From Reclinomonas americana ATCC 50394 (taxonomy: Eukaryota): DNA of 43,586 bases. This document shows, piece after piece, positions 12,226 to 24,300 of the stretch. The DNA is taken from positions 1 to 43,586 of the forward strand of contig PS015623.1 in the NCBI GenBank assembly GCA_048213135.1, given 5' to 3'. Position numbers and translations under genes: made by a program. The stretch's first letter is position 1; the number at the start of each line of letters is the position of its first letter. The notes beneath the pieces were generated by a model that was not told where the DNA came from, made no database searches, and saw nothing but the letters and a program-made list of their open reading frames with translations.

Positions 12226-15200
12226 TCATGGACGATTGCGCATGTAGGCCTGGAACATGTGGTTCTCGACGAACCGCAGCAGCTGGTTGTAGGCATAGAC
12301 GCACTTGCGGAAGCGCTCTTTCTCCAGTCGTATTGCCTCGCGCTCCATGAGCTTGATCTGCAACCCGTCGACCACATGAGCACGAGTGGGGGAAAGGTAG
12401 GTGTGTGCGGTGATGCGTAACTTCGCGAGCGTTCTCGGCCGCCGCCTTTTGAGCCATGGCGATTTCGGCACGGCGCCGAGACACCAGACGTGCTTTGGCC
12501 TGCATGATGAGAAGCATGATGAGCACGCGATGGCGAAGACCACAACAGCACAGTGACGCTTGTGCGTCCACTCACCGCCCTCTGCGCATCCTCCACCGCC
12601 CCCTCGTCCATTTTCAGAACAATCAGCGGCTCGCTGATGATTCCCTCGTCGGCACCCAGCGTCGGCATCTGCAGTGGCGCTGTTTCTGCCTTTGGTGGTT
12701 TCGGTCTGACACGCTTCGGCGTCGGAGCATCGTTGTCCTTGTCGGCCGGCGGTGGCGGTGGCGGCGGTGAAGGCTGTGATTGTACGCGCGTCCGTTTCGG
12801 TGCAGCCGACTGTGACTGCGGCTGCACTGGTGCCGATGGTTGTGGTGCTGGCGGTGGTGCTCGTGGTGGTGGCGTTGGATTGCGCGGTTTGGGTGCCGCT
12901 GGTCGACGCACCACCTTCTCCGCTCCGCCACCTCCGTCTCCCTCGTCGATGCTGGAGCGCAGCGGCATCGCCTTCCGCATCTGCAGACGTCGCTCTTCCA
13001 GCACGGCAGCCCGATACGCCTCCTCTTCGTCCTCGTACTTGGGCTTGGTTCGCGACCGACGAAGTTTCGGCATGGATGCCGTCGTCGTCGCTGTGGTCGC
13101 TGTGGTCGCCGACACAGTCTCCGACGCCGTCTCCAGACGCTGCTCTGGCTCGTTGTCGACCGCGTCGCTGGTCTCACTTCCCATGGCCAACTTGCGCACT
13201 GCACGCGCTGCTTGACGCGCCTCTCGTGGCGCCGAGCGACGGGGCTGTACCGTTTCTCGATGATTAGTCGCCGGCAGGTGTGTGACATGAACGTCTATCA
13301 ACATCCGCTCACCTCACTGGCCGTGGCGCTCAACGAGGGAGCGGGAGTCGACACTGGACTGCTCGGCTGCGACGTGGAGGAGACAGCGCGACGTGGCACA
13401 GTCGGCACTGGCGGCTTGCGGGCGGCTGGGAAAGGTGCAGGCTCGGTGATTGCCTCGATCGGCTTGGAGCCAACGGGCGCATGGGTGAGTGCTGCGGCTG
13501 GCAATGGCGGCTTGCGTGGAGGCGGGATCGACTCCTGCACCGGTGCAGCGCGGCGAACCACACGGATGCGCAGCTTGCGGCGTTTTGCGGGTGACTCTTC
13601 CTCGGACTCGGTCTCCGACTGCGATGCCTCGGTTGATGTGGCAGCGGCTGCTGCAGCCACCGCCGCAGCCTCCTCGGCTCTGCGTCGGCAACAAGCGCGT
13701 CAGTGACACCGTCGGTAGGTGCAACACAAGAATGATATGCAACTGCTGCCGTTGCAAGCGAGCCTGTCGCCGACGTGTGCGGGCGGCAAACGCACGAGCA
13801 CGCCGTCGTGCCTCTTGTTTCTGCGCTCACTCATTAATCGATTGGATACAGGCAGGAGGTGGAGTGCATTCGACGACGAGAACGCAACTGCAATGCGCTG
13901 CTGCTTCTGCTCCAGAATGTCGCGAAACACATTGCGCGGCTGCAGTTCGATTTTCTTGACAAACGATGTCGGTCCGAACAGACCCTCGCCCACACCGGCC
14001 TACGCAGGCACACAACAACGAGGATGAGCAAACTGGCGGAACACATTGGTGGGAACACAGCGCCCAGACGCAACAGTGCGCGCATTGAACGACATGCGGG
14101 CGGCGCGTGGCAGCGAACCGAGAGTGACACCTGGTGCCGGAGCCGCGGCCGTGACAACCGGCGCATGCATGGCAAACAGTGTCGCGTCCACCTCCGTATC
14201 GTCCGAGGAGCTCGACTCCTCGCTGCCTTCGTACTCATCACTCTCATCGTCATCGTCGTCGTCGTCGTCGTCATCAACGTTGTCTACGACCGGCTCTTCC
14301 TCTCCCTCAAAGTCTTCCGTCCCCTCCTCGTTGTCGCGGTCCACGCTGGAACTCATCGATCTCCTGTGATTGGTGAATCCAGAAGTTGGCTTGGACGCCA
14401 TCGTCGTCGTCGTCGTTGTGGTGGTGGTGGTCGCCATCACACCGCCGCGCACCGCAGCAGCACTGCTCGGGCGCGAATACACGGTCATTGTTGGCAGTGG
14501 CGCCGGCACATCCTCGCCCACCTGCTCCGCATCCACCAGCAGCGACTCGCCATGCAGCAACGGGCGCAGTCGCCCAGCCGACGCACCGCGCGCCAATCCC
14601 GCTGAGCCCGGCCGCGGTCGCCTGCCCGCACCAACCTCCACAGCAATGCGCCGCTGCAAGGCCGCCTCGGTCGCCGCGTACAACTCACGCACATCAGCAC
14701 CACTCGCCAGTCGCACAATCGGCGCCTCGCCTGCTGCCACTGGCGGTGGTGGAGGAGGAGGCAGTGGAGGCGGTGGAGGAGGCGGCTGACGACGCGGCAA
14801 CATCACCGCATCCGTATTGCTGCGAAACAGCGCCGCACGCGCAGTCGACATTGATGCGCCTCCACCGCTGCACACCACAGTCAGAGCGCGCACACACGCA
14901 CAAGCTCACGTCGACAATAGCAGACCTCACAGTGGAGGGAGCCTCAGCCTGCAGCTGTCCATGGCTCAACGATCGCGGCCGCTGCATTTCACACTGTCAC
15001 ACACTTACACACGCATGCATACACTCGCATTCAAGGCACACGCAACAGCAGGACCTCCAGCCGCCAGCAACTGCGCCATGATATCACTGGCCATGAGCGC
15101 TGCAGGTCGCGCGCTCAGTCGCTGCTGCTGGCGCTGTTGATGCAGCTGCTGTCGCGCGTGTAGGAGACCACTGATGCCCACGCTGTCGCTCATGGTGAAC

Positions 15201-15232
15201 GTCGGCAGCGCAGGCGATCGACGCGACGACAT
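12226..15232 (-). CDS. Large low-complexity (Pro/Ala/Thr/Asp-rich, basic) hypothetical protein, about 8 exons, helical C-terminus
   Basis: ORF segments 15005-15259, 14000-14893, 13298-13660 and 12195-13304 join in frame via GT-AG introns (donors 15046, 14074, 13888, 13743, 12421 etc.). Ends IKLMEREAIRLEKERFRKCVYAYNQLLRFVENHMFQAYMRNRP*. Confidence 0.65.
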
Positions 15233-15309
15233 GAGATAAGAGAAGAAGAGAAACTGCAAATTCGTTTCGTCTTGGTTTCCCGCGCGCCCTCTTCGTTCTC
15301 CGAGGTCGC
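15233..15309. promoter_or_regulatory. 77-bp head-to-head spacer (putative bidirectional promoter) containing TTTCCCGCGC
   Basis: Lies between divergent ATGs at 15232(-) and 15310(+). Confidence 0.45.
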
Positions 15310-16585
15310 ATGCGACCGCTGCGGTTGCTGGTGTGGCTTGCCGCGTACATTGTGTTGGTGGTGGTGCTGCAGCAGAGTGTGTGGCTCTTTGTCACCGTCA
15401 ATCCTCCACCCGCACCTGCATCGATTGTCACGACTGTTCTTCCGCCTCCTCCACCTCCTTCTCCACCACCTCCTCCTTCTCCTCCTCCCCCGCCACCAGC
15501 TCCACCAGTATCTCCTCTCGCAGAGCCGCTGCCATGGCCAGGTCTTTGCACCCCCTTGCACCCATGTGTATGATCATGTGTGTGTGTGACTGAGACTCGG
15601 TGAGTGCAGAGTTTCGTCGCCTGTTTGCGCCACAGTTGCCATCGCGACGACGAATGGAGCGCATGGAGGCACCAGTGCAGGTCTTTGATGGATTCCTGTT
15701 CAACGATGAACTCGATCTGCTGGAGGTCCGATCATCTCACCCTCTCCCTTTCCCCTCCCTTGCCCCTCACACTCTCTGCGGCCGCAGATCCGCTTGCATG
15801 AAATGGCGCCATGCGTGGACTACCACATCCTGGTGGAGTCGTCGATCACGCTGCGCAACGAAAGCAAGCCATTGCATTTCGCGCAGAACAAGGAGCGATT
15901 CGCTGCGTTCCTGCACAAGATCATTCACGTGGTGGTCGACGAGGCCATTGGAGACTTTGTGTACTGGGAGAACGAGACGCGCTTCCGCAACGCCATCGGG
16001 CAGCGCGGACTCGGCATGCTGCCGGTGACGGTGCAGCCGCACGACTGGGTGATGGTGTCGGATGTGGACGAGATTGTCGATCATCGTGCCGTGTGTTTCA
16101 TCAAGCACTACGCCTCCTCGTTGCCGCCAATGCTCCGTTTCCGTCTCAAGTGGGTGTTTGGCACGTTCGTGTGGCTCAACGTCAAGACGTGGGATGTGGC
16201 GGCGGCGGTGGCGGCCGAGGAGCTGTGGAAGCACAACAATCGCACGAACGAGGTGCGCAGGACGGGCTTGGAGTTGCCGGAGGTGGGCCACATTGGAAAC
16301 GGGGGTCGGTGGGCCGGCTGGCACGCTTCGTGGTGTGTTCCGCTGCTGTCGTGGGCCGAGAAGTTGCGCACGTTTGCACACAAGGAGCTGGACACGGCCA
16401 AGAACAATCACTTGGCGCGCCTGACCGCCATGCGACGCAATGGCGAGTGGTTTGACGGCACGCACCTACGTCGGCACACGCCGTCGAAAAAGGTGACTCC
16501 CGAGGCGGCCATGTTGGCGCCTGCGTATGTGTTGGAGAACGCCGATCGCTTTCGGTACTTGTTGGACCCGGAGGTGCCGGCGTGA
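15310..16585 (+). CDS. Glycosyltransferase family 17 (MGAT3/GnT-III-like beta-1,4-GlcNAc transferase), type II membrane protein with Pro-rich stem
   Basis: N-terminal TM segment, poly-Pro stem, VFDGFLFNDELDLLE|IRLHEM...LVES...KPLHF, SDVDEI (DxD) and AGWHASW are GT17 signatures. Two introns. Confidence 0.88.
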
Positions 16586-16793
16586 GAATCGCACCCGCCC
16601 CTGCGCGTGTGCGGTTTGCAGTTCGGAAGAACATTCCGTATTTGAAGAGTGACGGTGCGTGAGGCAGCGTGCGTTGTCGGCGGTGCGCGACGGCCTCTTC
16701 CCCCGGCAGCACAACCGTCAAACTTGCTTTTGCACTTTGGTGGCGAGCGCACACCACGACAACAACGAGAAGAAGAAGGTAGTGCCAGTCCCC

Positions 16794-17054
16794 ATGAACC
16801 TGACGGACAGTGGCCACGCAGCGGCGACCATGGAGCCACCCATGTCGCCCGGCACTCCCTCCAGTCGTCGACGTCTCAGCGACGGAGTCGCGCGATGTCT
16901 GTTTGGCTCGCCCGATCCAGCCGAGATGGAGGCATGGATGGACGCAGTGGAGGCAGAGGCGGCGCGGGCGTTTGCCGAGCTGCAGGAGCGCTATCGCATT
17001 GTCGAGCAGCTGAGTCCGGCACCGCCATCCACTCCGCCGCCGCAATCGCTGTGA
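16794..17054 (+). CDS. Small intronless protein, candidate Cip/Kip/KRP-like CDK inhibitor
   Basis: 86-aa ORF with ARCLFGSPDPAEMEAWMDAVEAEAARAFAELQERY (RxLFG cyclin-binding motif plus helix) and several S/T-P sites. Confidence 0.5.
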   Translation: MNLTDSGHAAATMEPPMSPGTPSSRRRLSDGVARCLFGSPDPAEMEAWMDAVEAEAARAFAELQERYRIVEQLSPAPPSTPPPQSL

Positions 17055-17189
17055 TCGAATCGAAGAGAGAAAAAGAATAGAGAAGGAAAGTAAGAGGGGG
17101 GAGGGCACTGAGGTAGAAATAGAGCGAAGAGTGAAAAACGTCGAGCCCGAGGAAGCAGTGTCGTCCCGACGATCGATTTGCATTGCAAC

Positions 17190-17746
17190 ATGGAAAGCCA
17201 ACGCGACTTTCCCGACCTGGCCGATGGCCTCACATATGGTTCACTCTCTCTGTCTATGCACGCATACCATCTCTCTCCTCACTTGTCACACACAGAGCTG
17301 CGCATGCGAGTGAAACGCGCACGCAAACTCGCCTTTCTGCAAGTGCTGGCCTCGCAGCGCGACCCCGGCGCAGCCGCAGATAGTGAGGCTGGCGACATGC
17401 CACTGGTGGATCGCGCCGGTGGTGTACTGCACACACTTCTCGACCAGTCAAGTTGCGACGAGAAAGAGAGAGAAAGAAGAGATTGTTGCATGCGTGTCAT
17501 CTTCTTCTTCCTCCTTCCTCACTCCCCTCTGCAGTCTTGCGACAACTGGCGGCCGGCTCTTCTGCGTCACCTCCTCCTCCTCCTCCACTGGTCGCTCAAG
17601 AGGACAACAGTTCCTCGGCTGCATTGCTGAGCTTGGAGAGACGACGGGCGCTGCTGCGGCGCGCGGAGAGTGCGAGAGATCCGTGGCGGTACGACTTGGT
17701 GCGCGCGATGGAGGAGAAGGCCGACACTCGGGCCGCGGGCGAGTGA
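17190..17746 (+). CDS. Small hypothetical protein, 3 exons
   Basis: MESQRDFPDLADGLTY|ELRMRVKRARKLAFLQVL...DQS|ILRQLAAG...RAAGE* joins in frame through two GT-AG introns (second donor GTTGCG at 17452). Confidence 0.5.
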
Positions 17747-17894
17747 CCATACGGGCGTGCATGTTGGTCATTAGGGTGTTCACTAAGAGGAGAAGGAGGG
17801 TCTACGGGGTTGTGCATCGGCGCGGTCGCGCACGAGCAAGGCTCAAAACTGTGTGGGATGGAGACAAAGGAGATGGAAGCGACTACTACTACTA

Positions 17895-19081
17895 CTATGG
17901 ATACAGATGCGCAGCCATGCGCATTACGCGAGTGCCTTCGAGGTGGGGAGCGTATCGTTTGACAGTCTCCGCAAACCTGCGTGAAGAAAATGTGCACGGT
18001 GAGAGGCGGAGAGACGGAGGGGAAGCGGCCGGGGGATGGATGAACCATTGAACGAAATCGTGGTGTCCGCGTATCTCGTCGTCGGTCTTGAGTTGCACGC
18101 GCAGGAGCAGATCGAGGCTGGCGAGCGGGTTGGCGCCGGCGTTGATGGCCAACAGCAGCTCGACAGCCTCACGCTGGTACAACAGTGCGGCAAACTCCAT
18201 GGCCGTCATGCCGCTGCTGTCGGTGGCGTTGACTTGCGCGCCGAGACGAACCAGTCGCTCAATGACCGGCGTCTGGTTGGCAATGGCGGCCACCATGAGC
18301 GGCGTGCGGCTGCGCACAGGCTCCTCCATGTCCACCGGGGCGCCGGCGTCGACCAGCAACTGCACCAGCTCCACATGCCCCTCGGCAGCGGCAGCGTGCA
18401 GTGGCGTCGACTCGGCGCCCGGAAACGCCGTGTGCACACTGGCGCCGTGCTCTTGCACCATGTACCGCACATGATCGTAGTGGCCAGCCACGATCGCAAA
18501 GTACAGCGGCGACAAGCCCAGCGTGTGGTTGCACTGCTCCGGATCGCCACCGGCCGCGATCAACTCGTACACAATGCGCGAGTCCGGCATGAGCGCCGCC
18601 GTCAGCAGCGGCGATCCGCGCGCGCACGAGTCGGCGTTCGGATCGGCGCCGGCCTTGAGCAGCACGCGCACGGCCTCCAGATGCTGTTGTCGACACGCAG
18701 CGAGCAGCGGCGTGGCGCGTCGCACATCAACACCTGTCTCCGGCAAGCTGTTCGCCTCGGCCGCTGACAACACACATTGTCAGCAGCAGTCCACAAGCAC
18801 ACAGACGCGCGCGCGCGCCACTCACCGACAGAGCGATAGACGCGATAGTTCGACACCGCCTCCGTGCTCGCTCCGTGCTTGATCAGCACACTGCACACGT
18901 CGGCGTGTCCGTGCCACGCCGCCACAAACAGCAGTGTCCGCGATGCCGACACCTTCGCATCCAGATTCACCAGTGCCATTGCCGAACCCTGCAACAGCTG
19001 ATCGACCACACTCGCATCGCCCTTCTCCACGTGTCGGATCAACAGCTGCAGGAGCGCCGACTTGGACGACACACAACCCAT
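17895..19081 (-). CDS. Ankyrin-repeat protein with N-terminal MGC myristoylation/palmitoylation motif
   Basis: Repeated TPLHxAAxxGHxxxVxxLLxxGA motifs (TPLLAAC, SPLLTAA, SPLYFAI, TPLHAAA, TPLMVAA, TAMEFAA). Starts MGCVSSK. Confidence 0.9.
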
Positions 19082-19318
19082 GCTTCTTCTCTGCGCACAC
19101 AATGAGGCAATGTGTGAGAAAAGACCAGGTCGGAACAAACACTCATCAAGGCGACACACACTGACTCACGCTGCGGGTGGACACGAGTGAGTGTATGTGT
19201 GTCACTGGGTGTGTGCGCGCGCTCGCTGTGAGCGAGAGGGAAGGGGTGAAGTGACTTGGGACAGACATTGCTCAGCTCCCATTCAAGCGAAAATTCACCA
19301 CATCTGAGTGTGTGTCAC

Positions 19319-20588
19319 ATGCAACGCGCCCGTGTTCTCTGCGGCCACTTGCTGCCAGTTGTCGACCAGCGAGTTGTCGAGTGTGCAGTGCAGTTGCATC
19401 TCTCCCTCGCTCTCTCTCTCTCTTTCTGTTGTTGTGTCTGACTGTGAGCTCCTCCCCAGTGCACAATGCACCTCGGGCGCCTCCACGCTGTCGGCCGAGG
19501 AGATGGCGGCGGCGACAGCTGTGGCCACTGAGGATATCCCCTCTGATGTGCAGTTGCGTGGCGCTCCTTGTTGAGTGTGCGTGAGTGTGTGAATGTTCGT
19601 GTTGATGGGGGGAGGCCATGGTCCAACACACAGAGGAGAGAACGTGTCGGATGATGTGGAGACTGATTTGGCACTGCAAGAGGTCGATGTGGAGTCGTGC
19701 ATTCACAAGAACGAGGCCACTGGTCGATATGAGATGGGTGTGATGCCCACGGAGGTCTGCCTCTCTCTCCCTGTCACAGTGTGTGTCTCTCTCTGTGTGT
19801 GTTTGTCTCTCATGCGCATGTCACACAGGTGACCTTTGATCAAGGCCTCTTTCACATTGTGCGAGTGATTGAACTGGTGAGTGCGGCGTGCACCACTGAA
19901 CAATTTGGTTTCTATGTTGTGATAATGACAAGTTGGTTGTCGCTGCATCAGCTCAAGGAGGCCAACAATGATCCAGTGGTGACGGTGGGCATTGCGGGGC
20001 CGACAGGTGCCGGAAAGACCACGCTCGCCAACAAGATTGCTCGGTAATATTGCACTGGTGCAGTGCATGTCGTGGATGTGTTCGGATCGTTGATTGTATG
20101 TGTGCGCGTGTGCAGCATGTTGGATGGCGTGGTGATTGACTTGGCGCACTTTGTCAAGCCGGACTTGGTGTTCCCCGAGGATCCGAGCAGTATCGATGTT
20201 GATCGCATTCTGGTGTGTGTGCGCGCGCGTCCCTGTGTTGGGGTAATGTTGGCTGACGGGCGTGCACAGGATACGCTGGAGCGATTGCGACGAGAGGAGT
20301 CAGTGACGTTGCCGGTCGCCAACTTTGTGGCGCGCACGGTCTCTGACAGCAGCGAGAAGTTGTCGCTGACTCGGGGACGCATTGTTATCATTGAGGCGAG
20401 TGAGTTATCTCTTGTGCATGTCTCTCTTCTCGGCTGACAGCAGCTGCGATCTGCAGGGTCTCTACGCGCTGCACGATCGCATTCGACCAGTGTTGGATGT
20501 GGCCGTGGCCATTGGCGGCGGCGTCCACTACGACCTGGTGAAGCGCATTTTCAGAGACATGGTGACCACCGAGTCCAGTCAGAAAAAG
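19319..20588 (+). CDS. Uridine-kinase-fold protein of the UdkC/UdkD / plant TTM1-2 type; 3' part lost in gap
   Basis: VTFDQGLFHIVRVIEL|LKE...VGIAGPTGAGKTTLA (P-loop), IVIIE|GLYAL and GGGVHYDLVKRIFRD match the N-terminal kinase-like domain of this family. Start is ATG 19319 (alternative ATG 19503). Confidence 0.8.
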
Positions 20589-21323
20589 GTCAGTGTGCCA
20601 TGCCTCCTGCTCCTCCTCTTCCTCCTCCTCCTGTCTCATACTTCTTGNNNNNNNNNNNNNNNNNNNNNNNNNNNNNNNNNNNNNNNNNNNNNNNNNNNNN
20701 NNNNNNNNNNNNNNNNNNNNNNNNNNNNNNNNNNNNNNNNNNNNNNNNNNNNNNNNNNNNNNNNNNNNNNNNNNNNNNNNNNNNNNNNNNNNNNNNNNNN
20801 NNNNNNNNNNNNNNNNNNNNNNNNNNNNNNNNNNNNNNNNNNNNNNNNNNNNNNNNNNNNNNNNNNNNNNNNNNNNNNNNNNNNNNNNNNNNNNNNNNNN
20901 NNNNNNNNNNNNNNNNNNNNNNNNNNNNNNNNNNNNNNNNNNNNNNNNNNNNNNNNNNNNNNNNNNNNNNNNNNNNNNNNNNNNNNNNNNNNNNNNNNNN
21001 NNNNNNNNNNNNNNNNNNNNNNNNNNNNNNNNNNNNNNNNNNNNNNNNNNNNNNNNNNNNNNNNNNNNNNNNNNNNNNNNNNNNNNNNNNNNNNNNNNNN
21101 NNNNNNNNNNNNNNNNNNNNNNNNNNNNNNNNNNNNNNNNNNNNNNNNNNNNNNNNNNNNNNNNNNNNNNNNNNNNNNNNNNNNNNNNNNNNNNNNNNNN
21201 NNNNNNNNNNNNNNNNNNNNNNNNNNNNNNNAGAGAGAGAGAGAGAGAGCGAAAGAGAGGGAAAGAACACAATAAGATTCCCACTGCGAAGAGCAGTTTG
21301 ACAGGGTACGACATGTACGCAAC

Positions 21324-24300
21324 ACTTCCTCAAATCGCGGATTCAACATGCGAATGCCGACAGGCTTGTGTGCTTGCAGAGTGAGTGGCACGCGACGACC
21401 GCCCACCGCATCCACTGTTGCTTGCACATTCGTCACGAAATCCTCAATCATGCTCTGTACGCATGTACGAACATGAGCAACACGAGAAATACTCTCCACC
21501 CTCCTACAGCATGCGGACACACCTTGGTGGCCGAGGGCGTGCTGACTTGCTCGCCGAAATGTCGCAGCATGGCGAGGAGTGGTGTCATCAACTCGGGCAG
21601 CATGGACGACTGGCGCTGCTGGTGGCAAAACACTTTGAACACCGACAGCAGCACGTGGAACACGCCAAGCCTGCACCCGACGGTCAACAAATCAAACACC
21701 CAAGTGCGACACACGCATTTGCACACATACCGAGTGGAGTTGTCGGGAGAGGCCGTCACCAAGTCACTGCCGTCCAGGTCCCCAGACAAGGAGAACGAAC
21801 GAGCATTTGTCTTTCTCGGTACCGTTGTCACATCTGCATAGAGTAAATATCGCGTCAGCGGTCCACGTGAACGCCGATATCACTCAATCACGAGCGCGCA
21901 CCGACAAGATCCGTCATCGAGCCAGGAGCCACGGCCTCGGTGATGGAGTATGCCACCGATGGACGGGGCTTCCGCAGTGCTGCTGCCAGCGTGCTCGACA
22001 AGAACGAATACACCTCCGGGGCATAGCGCTCCGACACGACAGTGTACTGTGCATGCAAGTGGTGAGACTCCACAGCATGTGTGAGAGGAAGAATACCGTA
22101 GCAGACCTGCAGGAAGACTTGAACGAGAGCGAGTCCGCGGAGTACATCGCGCACACTGCGCACCGGCGACTGCGCCAAAATCTGGCCCATCAGCAACTGC
22201 GCCGGCGTGCCGACTGGGTGCCGGTAGTCGAGTACGGAGAAGAGCGAGCCAATCAGCTGGAACCAGCAAATGTCACCAAACGAGCACCACGCGTCTCCCG
22301 TTCGCAACCGCTCTGTGAATTCCTCGTACAGAACGTGCAACTGTCTGCGTGCGCGCTTCAGCGCCATATTCGGATGCATCACGCACAACTGGTACATCAG
22401 TGAGGTGAAGTGGTTGAGCTCGGCTGGCGTCGCGCGCACGGCTTTCGTGTCCTCCTCGTCAAAGTAGAACAATGCATTGGCGTGGTAGCGGAACAGCACG
22501 CTGAGCAGTTTGCACAGTCGATCCTTGTTGCCGACGGCCAGTGAGGGATGCGTGCATTTCATGATGCGATCCAGGATCTGCGCACAAGCGACGAGTTGAG
22601 TGCCGCAGTACAAGAGAGAGTGCATAGGGAAGAGAGACAGACACACACCAACACACGCTGCGCTGGCGTCCTCCCGTCCATCAACTCGGCCATTGCTTCC
22701 ACATCCTGTGGTGCCGGTATCACAAACGGAATATCGTCGTCTGCCGACGGCGCCCCTGTTGCTGCACCTGCCGCCTTCTTCTTGTTCTTCTTTGTGGTCG
22801 CCGCCGTGTCATTCTCTTCAGCGGCTTTCTTCTCACGCCGACGTCTCCTCTTGGCATCATCATCCTCGTCCTCATCCTCCTCGTCCTTGTCACTGGCGTC
22901 CGAGTCTGCGTCGTCGTCGTCGTCAAATGCCTTGGACCCATCGTGAAACTCCACCTCCTCATCTTCGTCCTCCGCATCCTCCTCGGTGCCGCCTCCGGTC
23001 TTGCGGAGCTGCTCTTGCTTCTTCTTCTCGCGCTTCAGTTGGCGCTGCTCGCGCTTCAGACGCTTGCGTTCCTTGCGGTCCAGCTTGGCAGCCGCTGGCG
23101 CCAGAGTGCCATCGGCACCAAAGCCATCCTCATCGTCGTCCGAGTGCGCGTCAGCCGATGGACGCGCCGACGACGACTTGCGCAAGTCACTGGCCGTCAC
23201 TGAAGAGGGGAAACAAAGGAGAGAGTGAGTGCGGGAATGCGGAGAATTCTGTGCTAATAACACGCACCAACAAGGTTGCCGGGTACGGCACGCAAGTCGT
23301 CATGGTCGTCGCCAGTGTTCGCTGCAGCGGCGCCGCCGCCCGAGCCGGACGCCATGCGTCGACGGCGTCCCGCCTCGAGCTGCTCCAAGCGCGCAACCTC
23401 CTCTGCCGCCAGCTCGTCCTCTGTCTTGACACGATTCGCCGCCTGCGCCTTCTCCTCGCGCTGCACGTCCTCGCTCAGCAACTTGGTCAGCTGGTCGAAC
23501 GCGTCGTACTCGTCCAGTTCCTCCTCGTCCACCACCTTCTTGCCCTTGAGCTTGCTCGTCTTGGCTGCAGCCTGCGAGTCGTTGAGCGGAACATCATTCG
23601 CACCGGTGCCTGCCGTATCCTTCTTCTTCTTCGGAATCATCGACGGTGCAAGCAGCTTGCGAATGTCGTTGAACTGCGCATCGAGATCCATGATGGAGTC
23701 CTCTCTCGCGGCACGCTCTGTGCCACACAGAATACACACGCACGCAATCAGACTCGTGCGTGCGCGTCCGTGTATGTGTGCGGCGAAAAACAAGAGCACC
23801 AACCTTTGCGACGCTCGCCGCGATACATCTTGCTCTTGGCGACAATCTCCGCGTACACCTCCGCCTTGGTCTTTTTCCGTGCCGGTTGGTCGTCGTCCCC
23901 GCTGCTTGTGCCACTGCCCTCACCGCTGTCGCCCTCACGCGGTCGCTTCCGACGCTCACCACCACCACCGAAATGATGCTCGTCGACAATACGCTCGTCA
24001 ATAGCGCCTGCACTGGCATCGCTGTCGTCGTCGTCCGAGTCGCGAATGTCGATGCGATCGAGACTGCGCACCGGCTTGCCACCGTGCGTCATGGTGAAGA
24101 AGCTGCTCGATCCTCCAAGAGCTGCAGAAGAGAGTTAGCAGGGGGAGGTATGGAGAGAGAGACGGGGATAGGTGAAGCCGCAACTGCTAGGTCCGCCATC
24201 GGCATCGTCCGAGTCGTCATCGTCCACGGCAAAGGCGGCAGCCTTGCGTGCCTGTCGCGTACGCTCGCGCTGCAGGCGGCGAAGCATCTTGTCTTCTTCA

